From a virus: a stretch of DNA of 64,000 nucleotides. The number at the start of each line of letters is the position of its first letter. Positions within the stretch are counted from its first letter, which is position 1. The stretch lies in the IMG/VR virus record IMGVR_UViG_3300044841_000066, positions 4,395 through 68,394 of that record; one strand, written 5' to 3'. Below the pieces are notes generated by a model that made no database searches, was not told the DNA's origin, and saw nothing but the letters and a program-made list of their open reading frames with translations. Shown piece by piece: positions 18,091-26,430 of the stretch. A program made the position numbers and the translations under genes.

Positions 18091-18092
18091 GA

Positions 18093-18305
18093 ATGTCTAG
18101 TCTGGAATTTGATCTGACGCACGCCAAGGCCACCATAAAATGCAATGAGGTGCCGGCCGATACACTGCATCTACACTACAACCCGGATGGCACTATTTGG
18201 TTTGCCGCTAACACCAAATATCCCAGCACACGCATTACGGTGTGCGCGACACAGGCCGATATCGAGGGTCTCTACATTGCATTGAAGACGGCGCTCGGTA
18301 AGTAA
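18093..18305 (+). CDS. Small hypothetical protein
   Basis: GGAG RBS; tight operon packing. Confidence 0.6.
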   Translation: MSSLEFDLTHAKATIKCNEVPADTLHLHYNPDGTIWFAANTKYPSTRITVCATQADIEGLYIALKTALGK

Positions 18306-18306
18306 G

Positions 18307-18687
18307 ATGCGCTTTCTCGTCTGCGGCGGCCAAACCTACGGAACTGAGCGCGACGAGGATCGCTTTCTTTACGCCGCCCTTACGCGTTTGTATGACAAGG
18401 TTGGGATTACTGCTATTATCCACGGTGCCTGTCATACACCCATCAACGCGGATAAGCTCGCAGGTCAGTGGGCGCGCGATTTCGGCATTATTGAGCACGC
18501 CTATCCGGTAGATCACGCACTAGATGGGCCGTGGCCAGCCGCCGGGAATGTGCGCAATCACCGCATGCTTTATGACAAAGATAGTCGGCCGGATGGCGGT
18601 GTCTCTTTTCCCGGTGGCAATGGAACCAAACACATGACCGATCTCATGCGCAAAGCCGGGCTTATCGTATGGGAGCCAAGACGTTGA
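18307..18687 (+). CDS. SLOG/YspA-like (DUF2493-type) protein
   Basis: LVCGG, IIHGA, ADKLA..WA, AGNVRN..ML, FPGGNGT..M. Confidence 0.8.
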   Translation: MRFLVCGGQTYGTERDEDRFLYAALTRLYDKVGITAIIHGACHTPINADKLAGQWARDFGIIEHAYPVDHALDGPWPAAGNVRNHRMLYDKDSRPDGGVSFPGGNGTKHMTDLMRKAGLIVWEPRR

Positions 18688-19244
18688 GGGCCGGGGGAGG
18701 CAAGGAAAAGGGTTCTAGTTGGGAACGCGAAGTCGGCAAGGCGCTGTCCTTGTGGCTGACAGCTGGCGAGCGCCCCGACATCTTCTCACGCAATGTGCTC
18801 TCGGGCGGGTCGTTTACCCAGGCGCAGAGCCGTGGTAATCGATCGAGCCGGATGCCGGGGGACCTGATGGCCGCACATCCGCTGGCCTTCCGCTTCATGG
18901 AGCACTATGCGGTAGAGTGCAAGCATCTGGCGACCCTGGGTCTTGAGGCTTTTCTATTCGACGACAAGAGCGCGTGCGAATTGTCCAAGATCATCATGTA
19001 TGCCAATGGGCAAGCGCAGCAAGCCGGCCTCGAATACATGATCGTCGCCAAGCAGAACCGGCGTGATCCATTCGTAATCACAACAGGTGAGATCGGCGCC
19101 CGTATCCTGGCCGCCGCGCGCGTAGGTCGGGTACGCTTGCAGCCGCCGCATCATTGGTTGCATCGTCGTCGGGTGTTCATGATGAAGTTCGAGTATATGA
19201 CAGGGACGATTGACCCCGATCTACTCTTGAGCGCGACAAAGTGA
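18669..19244 (+). CDS. Holliday junction resolvase (PD-(D/E)xK)
   Basis: KGSSWEREV, GDL, VECK motifs. Confidence 0.8.
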   Translation: MGAKTLRAGGGKEKGSSWEREVGKALSLWLTAGERPDIFSRNVLSGGSFTQAQSRGNRSSRMPGDLMAAHPLAFRFMEHYAVECKHLATLGLEAFLFDDKSACELSKIIMYANGQAQQAGLEYMIVAKQNRRDPFVITTGEIGARILAAARVGRVRLQPPHHWLHRRRVFMMKFEYMTGTIDPDLLLSATK

Positions 19245-19864
19245 TTGCCTACGCATCTGTTACAGGATCGAGCCGGAATAAGCAGGCCATCGAGGCCGCT
19301 GGATGGCATTGGCTGTTCACGCCTGGAGCAGCCAGGGACGGGTATACGCCCTATGCGCTAGATAATGGCGCGTGGCGGGCGTTCAAGGCAAAACAGGCGC
19401 TCGATCTTGTGGCTTTTCAGCGGATGCTGGACAGGTTTGGTCAGAATGCCGAATTCATCATTTTACCGGATATTGTGGGCGAAGGTGAACGATCCTTAGA
19501 ACTAACGCTGGAGTGGCTTCCCAAGTGTCGCGGACACCGCCAATTACTGATTGCTGTTCAGAATGGCATTGAGCCGGCGATGATCGCGCCCTATCTGGCG
19601 CCCGATGTCGGTATATTCCTGGGTGGCGATACTGACTGGAAGTTGGAAACAGGCGCGCAATGGGGCAAACTCGCCGAAAAGCATGACGTCTATTTTCATG
19701 TCGGCCGGGTCAATACCGCACAGCGCATTATTTGGTGTTCGCAGATCGGCGCCGATAGCTTCGACGGCACATCGGCCTCGCGTTATTCGAAGACAGTAAA
19801 GAGCCTATGCAATGCCATGAAGCAACCAAGTATATTAAGATTAGCTTCTGAGGTAATGCTATGA
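19241..19864 (+). CDS. Second, minimal TGT-fold/DpdA-like transglycosylase
   Basis: LDNGAW, LPDIVG, AVQNG, FLGG, HVGRVN and DSFDGT follow the order of TGT motifs DSGG, LD, VQG, IGG, LxG and DxFD. Confidence 0.6.
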   Translation: MIAYASVTGSSRNKQAIEAAGWHWLFTPGAARDGYTPYALDNGAWRAFKAKQALDLVAFQRMLDRFGQNAEFIILPDIVGEGERSLELTLEWLPKCRGHRQLLIAVQNGIEPAMIAPYLAPDVGIFLGGDTDWKLETGAQWGKLAEKHDVYFHVGRVNTAQRIIWCSQIGADSFDGTSASRYSKTVKSLCNAMKQPSILRLASEVML

Positions 19865-20856
19865 TCCTGACCGCGGACTTACACTTGACGGACGCCCCAC
19901 AAGACGAATACCGATGGGCGATCTTTGACCATCTCCTCAGATTGGCCAAAGAGGAAACCGACAGCGAGATCGTAATCCTCGGTGACATCACCGACCGCAA
20001 GGATCGGCACAGCTCGATCCTTGTCAATCGCCTGATGATGGCGCTGCGCAAGCTGCTGGATGCCGGCAATAGCGTCACAATCCTGATGGGCAATCATGAC
20101 AAGCCATTGGCGGGAACCCCGTTCTGGCAATTCCTCGATCTGTTGGAAAGCCGCAAGCTGAGGTTTATCACAAAGCCGCTTTCCTATGGTGGCGATCTCT
20201 ATTTGCCTTATGCCGGCAATCCGGCCGAAGAGTGGAATGGCATCAAGCTGAGCGGACATACGACCATCTTTATGCATCAGACGGTGACCGGCGCCTTGGG
20301 CAATAACGGGATCAGGCTCGAAAACAACAAGATGGTCGAGTTCCCGCGCGGCGCCAAGGTCTACTCAGGGGATATTCATACCCCACAAGTCGTTGGCCGG
20401 GTGACCTATGTCGGTGCCCCGCATCATGTGGCTTTCGGCGACGACTACGAGTGCCGGATACTTGTGCTCGACGCCAAGGCGAACATTCGGCGCGTTGTCC
20501 AGCTATCGCCGCCGGCCAAGCGCATGCTGCGCGTCGGCTCGATCGCGGAACTGGAACGCCGGCCTGTCTGCAAGGGCGATCAGGCGCGCGTCATCTACAA
20601 GCTGACCCTAAACGACATTGATCGCTGGCCGGCTATTCAGGACCAAATCACGATGTGGGCTGAGGAACACGGGATCATCCTGGCTTCCGTTGAGCCGGAT
20701 ATCGAGGGCCTTGTCCGCGATCAGGACGCCGACGCTGAGTTGCCCGACTTCGATATTGATCCCGAGTCGGTGCTCAAGATGTTTGCCGAGGCCGAAGGTA
20801 TAGACGCCTCGATGCTCGATGTCGGGTTGATATTCTTGCGAGAAGGCGTTGGTTGA
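19861..20856 (+). CDS. sbcD: SbcD/Mre11-like metallophosphoesterase nuclease
   Basis: ADLH, LGD, GNHD, FMHQ, SGDIH. Confidence 0.88.
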   Translation: MILTADLHLTDAPQDEYRWAIFDHLLRLAKEETDSEIVILGDITDRKDRHSSILVNRLMMALRKLLDAGNSVTILMGNHDKPLAGTPFWQFLDLLESRKLRFITKPLSYGGDLYLPYAGNPAEEWNGIKLSGHTTIFMHQTVTGALGNNGIRLENNKMVEFPRGAKVYSGDIHTPQVVGRVTYVGAPHHVAFGDDYECRILVLDAKANIRRVVQLSPPAKRMLRVGSIAELERRPVCKGDQARVIYKLTLNDIDRWPAIQDQITMWAEEHGIILASVEPDIEGLVRDQDADAELPDFDIDPESVLKMFAEAEGIDASMLDVGLIFLREGVG

Positions 20857-21281
20857 TGAGCCAGATCGACAATTTCAAGGGTCAATATGCCTTTTTGTCT
20901 AATTTCGGCAAGTATACCATTGCCTGGAAAGGCGCGCGCTTTCCTACCCTGGAACATGCCTACCAATGGGCGAAAGCGACCAACGATGTGGATCGTGCGG
21001 CTATCGCGAGTGCGCAAACCCCCGGCGATGCCAAGCGCGCCGGCCGACGCTGCACAATACGCGCGGATTGGGATCAAGTCAAAAACGACATCATGCTTGA
21101 GCTGTTGCGCATCAAGTTCAAGAACGACTACTTGGCCTATCTGCTGATATGCACCGGCGACGCTGAGCTGATCGAGGGCAACACCTGGGGTGATGTCTAC
21201 TGGGGCGTCTGCAAGGGCGTTGGACAGAATATGCTCGGCAAGCTGCTCATGCAGGTTCGCCGCGAAATAGAAGAGAACTGA
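20853..21281 (+). CDS. NADAR family hydrolase
   Basis: FLSNF, EHAYQ..K, DW...K..IM, KF, TGDAELIE, WGD.YWG, GQNMLGKLLM.VR. Confidence 0.9.
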   Translation: MMSQIDNFKGQYAFLSNFGKYTIAWKGARFPTLEHAYQWAKATNDVDRAAIASAQTPGDAKRAGRRCTIRADWDQVKNDIMLELLRIKFKNDYLAYLLICTGDAELIEGNTWGDVYWGVCKGVGQNMLGKLLMQVRREIEEN

Positions 21282-21284
21282 TCA

Positions 21285-23078
21285 ATGCGCCGGGTAGAGC
21301 TGATCTCGATTACGCTGGAGAACTTCCGGTCCTTTCGCAAGCGCACAACCTTTGAGCTATCGCCGACCTCCGGCCTTAAGTTTATCTCCGGCGACAATCA
21401 GGTGCAGCCGCGGTTAGGGGCCAATGGTGCTGGTAAATCGACACTATGGGATGCCCTGGCCTTCTGCCTCTACAATGCGTCGGTCAAGGGCATCCGTCCC
21501 TCGGATTTGCTAAGCTGGGGTGAGAAACAATCCTATGTCAAAACGGAATGGTTGATCGCTGGCGAGCCGGCAACCATAGAGCGCTATTCCGCACCAAATC
21601 GAATTACAATCAATGGCAAGCCGGTCGAGCAGATCACCGTTGATCGCCTGATCGGTCTATCTCGCTTGCGCTTTCTACAGGGGATTGTCTTCGGCCAAGG
21701 TATGCCGTTGTTTATCGATCTATCGGTGCCCGAGCGCGGGGCGCTGCTGGATGAGGTACTCGATCTCGGCATCTGGCTCAAACTGAGCGAGGACGCTGGA
21801 CGCAAGCATGCAGCACTCAATCAGGAATTGCAGCGCTCGCGTGAGGATATCGCCCGGCTTTCGGGTAAGCTCGAAACCTTGCAGGATACAACCGGGATTG
21901 AGCGCGAGCTGGCGGCATGGGATGCGCAGCAGGGGCGGCGGATCGATCTGGCGATTGCGCAGGTCGAGGAGGCGGAACAAGGCCTTGCCGGGTGCGCAGC
22001 CAAGGTTGTAGCGACCAAGTCGGCGGTCGATGCGCTGGCCGACACCCGCGCTATGCACAACAAGCTCACCAAGATGATCGGCGACAAAAGCACCCTTGAA
22101 AGCGCCTATCGTCAACTATTCAAGGATATGGAAGCGCACACGAAAACGCGTGATTTCTATGCGCACAACAAAACCTGTCCGACCTGCGCACAGGGCATCC
22201 CAATGCTTGTTAGTGAAAAGCGGCGGAATGAGGCCGAGAGCGCAGCGCGCAATATCAAGGCGCGGATACAGGCTAATGGTGGCGCATCCAATCAGTTGAC
22301 TGCACAGATCAACGAGCTGGAAGCGGAGTATTCGTCGCTATCCAGAAAGCGCGAGTTCCTCGTCGCCCAGCATGCCACCGCACAGGCCAATCTAGCAAAC
22401 CAGCAACGGATCATCGAGGGCGCGATCAAGGCGGCCGAGGCGGTCGCCGACGCGCCCAATCCGCATCAAGCCCGGCTCGATGGCCTCCGCGCCGATCGGC
22501 AGGCCGTAGAGGTCGCGTTAAAGGCGGCAAATGGCATTGTACGGCGCGGCCAGGGTGCGGCTATGCGCGCCGAGTTCTGGAAAGCCGCCTTCAAACGCGT
22601 CCGCCTGTTTCTCGTCAAGCGCGTGCTGGCACAGCTTGAGCTGGAAACGGCCACCTCCGCGATTGCCCTGGGTCTTGTCGGTTGGCGGATTTCATTCTCG
22701 ACCGAACTAGAGAACAAATCGGGCACGATCCGGCCGGGCATTTTCATACAAGTCGCATCGCCCGATAGCTCAGCGCCTTGGGAAGCGTGGTCGGGCGGGG
22801 AGGCGCAGCGGATACGCTTGGCGGTGGCGATTGGGTTGGCGTCGATGATCCAACGGCTTGCCGGCATCTCTCTCTCGTTCGAGGTCTGGGATGAGCCGGG
22901 TGCGTGGCTATCCGACAAGGGCATGGACGATCTACTTGACTGCCTCAAGCATCGCGTGGAAACGACCGGTAAATCATTGTGGTTGTGCAGTCATAGCGCG
23001 CTGATCTACTCGGGATTTGACGAAACCTGGCAAGTAACTAAAGACGCCGCTGGTTCGCTCATCAAACAGCTGCGTTAG
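21285..23078 (+). CDS. sbcC: SbcC/Rad50-like ABC ATPase
   Basis: NGAGKST Walker A, CPTC zinc hook, WSGGE signature, VWDEP Walker B, CSH. Confidence 0.9.
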   Translation: MRRVELISITLENFRSFRKRTTFELSPTSGLKFISGDNQVQPRLGANGAGKSTLWDALAFCLYNASVKGIRPSDLLSWGEKQSYVKTEWLIAGEPATIERYSAPNRITINGKPVEQITVDRLIGLSRLRFLQGIVFGQGMPLFIDLSVPERGALLDEVLDLGIWLKLSEDAGRKHAALNQELQRSREDIARLSGKLETLQDTTGIERELAAWDAQQGRRIDLAIAQVEEAEQGLAGCAAKVVATKSAVDALADTRAMHNKLTKMIGDKSTLESAYRQLFKDMEAHTKTRDFYAHNKTCPTCAQGIPMLVSEKRRNEAESAARNIKARIQANGGASNQLTAQINELEAEYSSLSRKREFLVAQHATAQANLANQQRIIEGAIKAAEAVADAPNPHQARLDGLRADRQAVEVALKAANGIVRRGQGAAMRAEFWKAAFKRVRLFLVKRVLAQLELETATSAIALGLVGWRISFSTELENKSGTIRPGIFIQVASPDSSAPWEAWSGGEAQRIRLAVAIGLASMIQRLAGISLSFEVWDEPGAWLSDKGMDDLLDCLKHRVETTGKSLWLCSHSALIYSGFDETWQVTKDAAGSLIKQLR

Positions 23079-23137
23079 TGCCCGGCCTGTCGGTATATCT
23101 ATTCGAGACATCGACAGGATAACAATAGGGGTAGCAC

Positions 23138-23692
23138 ATGCGCGCTTTCGAGCTTATCGAGCGACTGATTAATTCCGACCACGCGACCATCATGGTGCAC
23201 GATCTGACGGGCCACCTCGTCGAGCCAAAGGTGACAGTCACGCCGACCCCGGATGGGATCAGGCTGGTGATCGAGCCAGCGACGAACTCGATCACCAAGC
23301 GCGCCGCCGATCCGCTGTCGCTGAACGCTTATCAGGACTACGCCTATGCCGAGGCGATCTATCCTGAGCGCGGCAAAGGGACAACAGCGAGCATCTCGCT
23401 TGTCCTGGCCGGCTTGCTTGGCGAGAGCGGCAAAGCCATGCACTCCTGGTTTGATACGATGCGCGGCGGCAAGCCGCTGACCCAGGATACCAAGGACGAG
23501 CTAGTCACTGCATTGGCGCACTCGTTTTGGTATGTGGCGGCGCTGGCGCAAGAGCTTGGGGTGCCACTATCCCAAATCGGCGCGCAGAGCATCCGGCAAG
23601 CGCGGGCGTGGCGGCGGGCGACCGAGCTGGCCGAGCGTCAGGGCGATCTACGTCCCCAGAGCACGCGCATGGCGGCGGCGGGTGATAGCTGA
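23138..23692 (+). CDS. MazG-like NTP-pyrophosphatase fold, catalytic acids missing
   Basis: LNAYQ..A...AIYP, GLLGESG, WYVAALAQELGVPL. Confidence 0.65.
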   Translation: MRAFELIERLINSDHATIMVHDLTGHLVEPKVTVTPTPDGIRLVIEPATNSITKRAADPLSLNAYQDYAYAEAIYPERGKGTTASISLVLAGLLGESGKAMHSWFDTMRGGKPLTQDTKDELVTALAHSFWYVAALAQELGVPLSQIGAQSIRQARAWRRATELAERQGDLRPQSTRMAAAGDS

Positions 23693-23713
23693 TCCAATAG
23701 GGAGGGATCGCGC

Positions 23714-23947
23714 ATGATTAAAGCAAAAGGCACCGATGCCGATGGAAGGAAGACCCTAGTTCTCGGGCTTTCTTTCCAGAACCTTAAACGTCTACAGGCC
23801 GGCGATCCTATCGTTTTCGCAGCAGACGAATACGGTTACGCCGGAACCATCATGCTTTTCGCCGGCAAAGACGAAGCCACTATGGCGAAAATGCTGACAG
23901 AGGGTAACCCCGGCATTAAGACTCATTTTGAGAAAGGGGATAGCTGA
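23714..23947 (+). CDS. Small hypothetical protein
   Basis: GGAGG RBS; coupled to the next gene. Confidence 0.65.
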   Translation: MIKAKGTDADGRKTLVLGLSFQNLKRLQAGDPIVFAADEYGYAGTIMLFAGKDEATMAKMLTEGNPGIKTHFEKGDS

Positions 23948-24249
23948 TGCCCTACATTGGCCGCATGGCATCGGTGTCGCTAGAGATCGCCCATCTCGGT
24001 GAGGATGGCGTCATGCATGGGCACAGCCTGATCGCTGAGGTCTGGACGCATGCGGATACCTGCCTGGATGCTTGGCGGGCCAAGATCGTTGCCACAACCG
24101 CGCACATCAATCTGGGACAGCTCGAAACGACGATCTTCGCGCGGACTTTCGAGGATGTGGCCATCTGGATACTGGATGCCATGCCGGAGGCCTACCGCGT
24201 TGTCATCCGTCTGCCGACCTATGGCCACGCGATCGAGGTATATCGCTAG
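23947..24249 (+). CDS. queD: Miniature QueD/PTPS-like protein
   Basis: AH...HGHS Zn ligands and TFEDVAIWI (cf. TxENxAxWI); immediately upstream of queE. Confidence 0.6.
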   Translation: MPYIGRMASVSLEIAHLGEDGVMHGHSLIAEVWTHADTCLDAWRAKIVATTAHINLGQLETTIFARTFEDVAIWILDAMPEAYRVVIRLPTYGHAIEVYR

Positions 24250-24273
24250 GCCTAATCACAAAGGGATACGCCT

Positions 24274-25020
24274 ATGTACGGAAAAAATAGCGTCGCCAAA
24301 GCGCGCACCGCGGATGACGGCTTTCTGGTCCACTCAATCTTCTATACCTTGCAGGGAGAGGGGCCTTTCGCGGGCTTGCCGGCGATCTTCCTGCGGCTCG
24401 CCAACTGCAATCTGCGCTGTTTTTTCTGTGACACAGAATTTGAGAAGGTTAGCGCGTTAGCCGGCGGCGGCCACTATAGCGCGGATGTTTTGGGACAGAA
24501 ATTGGTCGCGCTTATGCTAAAGCACCGCTGTGAGCTGATCGTGATCACGGGTGGCGAACCGATGTTACAGCCGCTGCCTTCGCTTTTCGACTCTTTCGCG
24601 GATATGGAGGTGCGCTTTCAGATCGAGACAGCCGGCACCTGCTGGCCCGAGGGCTTGGAAAGCTGGTTCGGTGACGATAATTTCCTCACGATCGTGACCT
24701 CGCCAAAGACGGGCAGGGTGCTTGCTGAGATCGAGAAGTATACCAACGCCTGGAAATACATCATTCGGGCCGGCGAGACGGATGACGAGGATGGTCTGCC
24801 AAATGGTTCGACCCAGCTCATCGGCTCGAAGACTAGGCTTTACCGGCCGGATGGGTTAGGCTCTTTCGCTGACTTCGATCGGCGCTGCATCTTTGTCCAA
24901 CCCTGCGATGAAGCCGGCATCCATAAGGGCCGGGCCAATGTCGAGGAGGCCGCGCGGATCGCCATGAAATACGGCTATCGGCTTAGCCTACAGCTGCACA
25001 AGATCGCAGGCTTGGACTAA
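24274..25020 (+). CDS. queE: 7-carboxy-7-deazaguanine synthase (radical SAM)
   Basis: IFYTLQGEG, CNLRCFFCDT, ITGGEP, IETAG, SPK, LSLQLHK. Confidence 0.95.
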   Translation: MYGKNSVAKARTADDGFLVHSIFYTLQGEGPFAGLPAIFLRLANCNLRCFFCDTEFEKVSALAGGGHYSADVLGQKLVALMLKHRCELIVITGGEPMLQPLPSLFDSFADMEVRFQIETAGTCWPEGLESWFGDDNFLTIVTSPKTGRVLAEIEKYTNAWKYIIRAGETDDEDGLPNGSTQLIGSKTRLYRPDGLGSFADFDRRCIFVQPCDEAGIHKGRANVEEAARIAMKYGYRLSLQLHKIAGLD

Positions 25021-25026
25021 TCCCCT

Positions 25027-26430
25027 ATGGAACTAAAGGGTAGTTTGGAAGATAATGTGCTGACGCTTGTCTGCACAAACGATCAGCACGCACCCGGCCT
25101 GCTGATCACGCTGACCCCGCAACTCTTCTCAACGCGTCACTACCGCAAGATCGCCGAACTCGCCTTCGTCCACATCGAGAAGTTCGGTAAGGCGCCGGGC
25201 GCGCATTTGCGGGATGCGCTTGAGGCCGATTTACGGCGTGGCGAAGAGGGTCTGCTGATCAAGCGCATCCTGGATGACATCGATGCGCTGGCGCCGTCCT
25301 TGCAGCCTGACTATGTGCTGGGACATCTGTCACGCTTCATCGCCCTGCGCAAGATCGCAATGGCGGTCGAGGCGGCGGCGGATGCGGTCGCCGCTGGCGA
25401 TGTCGAGGCGGCCGAGGCGGCACTCTATGCCCGGAACTCAACCCCCATCGGTTCGCCTGGAATATGGCTGACCGATCCCGAACAGATGTTGCGCTTTCTG
25501 AATAGGCGTGAAGAGGATTTGTTTACATCCGGCATCGAGGCGCTCGATGTGCGCGGGGTCAGGCCGGCGCGGAAAGAGGTGTTTCTGTTTCTCGGTTCGA
25601 AATCGGTGGGCAAGAGTTGGGCGCTGATCCAATGCGGCAAACAGAATATTCTGAACCGGCGATCAGTCCTCCACATCACGCTGGAAATGTCCGATGACCA
25701 TACAGCCCAGCGCTATGTGCAATCACTCTTTGCGATGACCCAGGACGGCGAAGCGACGGTCCGCATTCCGATGTTCAAGAAAGACCAACTCGGGCGCTTC
25801 ACCTCCTTGGACTATGATGTGCTGGAACCCGAGCATCTCCGCCCGGCGATCCGCGCCCAGGTCAGCAAAAAGCTCCTGGCATTCAAGAGCAAACCGCCGC
25901 TCAAGATCAAGGAGTTCCCGACAAGCTCACTCACAATTCCCATGTTCAATGCCTATCTGGATATGTTGGAGCGCCTAGAGGGCTTTAAGCCGGACATGGT
26001 TGTTGTCGACTACGCCAAGCTGTTCGCGCTCGATATCAAGCAGCTCCGTCTCTCGATCGGCCACATGATGGAGCAGCTTCGCGGGATTGCGGTGACGCGG
26101 AATATCGCTATTGTAACTGCATGGCAGGGCAATCGCGAGACCGACAGCGCGCGCACCGTAACATCCGGCATGATCTCTGAGGATTGGTCGCTGGCAGGTA
26201 CCGTCGACACGCTTGTCACAATATCCAAGACCCCGGCCGAGAGTAAGCAAGGGCTTTGTCGCTTGCTTGTTGATAAGGCGCGATCGGCCAAGGATAAATA
26301 TGTCGTTCTGTTGACTCAATCCTATGCGACCGGGCAATTCTGCATTGACAGCGTATTTATGAACCATTTCGTGCAAGAGGAAGTCAAGCGCTCGATCGGC
26401 GAAGGCGACGACTCCGAGAGCAGCAGCTAG
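25027..26430 (+). CDS. DnaB-like replicative helicase
   Basis: GSKSVGKS Walker A, ITLEM, VVDY Walker B, TAWQGNR, DKAR. Confidence 0.82.
   Translation: MELKGSLEDNVLTLVCTNDQHAPGLLITLTPQLFSTRHYRKIAELAFVHIEKFGKAPGAHLRDALEADLRRGEEGLLIKRILDDIDALAPSLQPDYVLGHLSRFIALRKIAMAVEAAADAVAAGDVEAAEAALYARNSTPIGSPGIWLTDPEQMLRFLNRREEDLFTSGIEALDVRGVRPARKEVFLFLGSKSVGKSWALIQCGKQNILNRRSVLHITLEMSDDHTAQRYVQSLFAMTQDGEATVRIPMFKKDQLGRFTSLDYDVLEPEHLRPAIRAQVSKKLLAFKSKPPLKIKEFPTSSLTIPMFNAYLDMLERLEGFKPDMVVVDYAKLFALDIKQLRLSIGHMMEQLRGIAVTRNIAIVTAWQGNRETDSARTVTSGMISEDWSLAGTVDTLVTISKTPAESKQGLCRLLVDKARSAKDKYVVLLTQSYATGQFCIDSVFMNHFVQEEVKRSIGEGDDSESSS

Noticed and set aside
3814-25020. que genes as host tRNA-queuosine auxiliary metabolism
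   Set aside because: No QueA, QueG/QueH or canonical Zn-binding Tgt; the DpdA-like genes favour DNA modification
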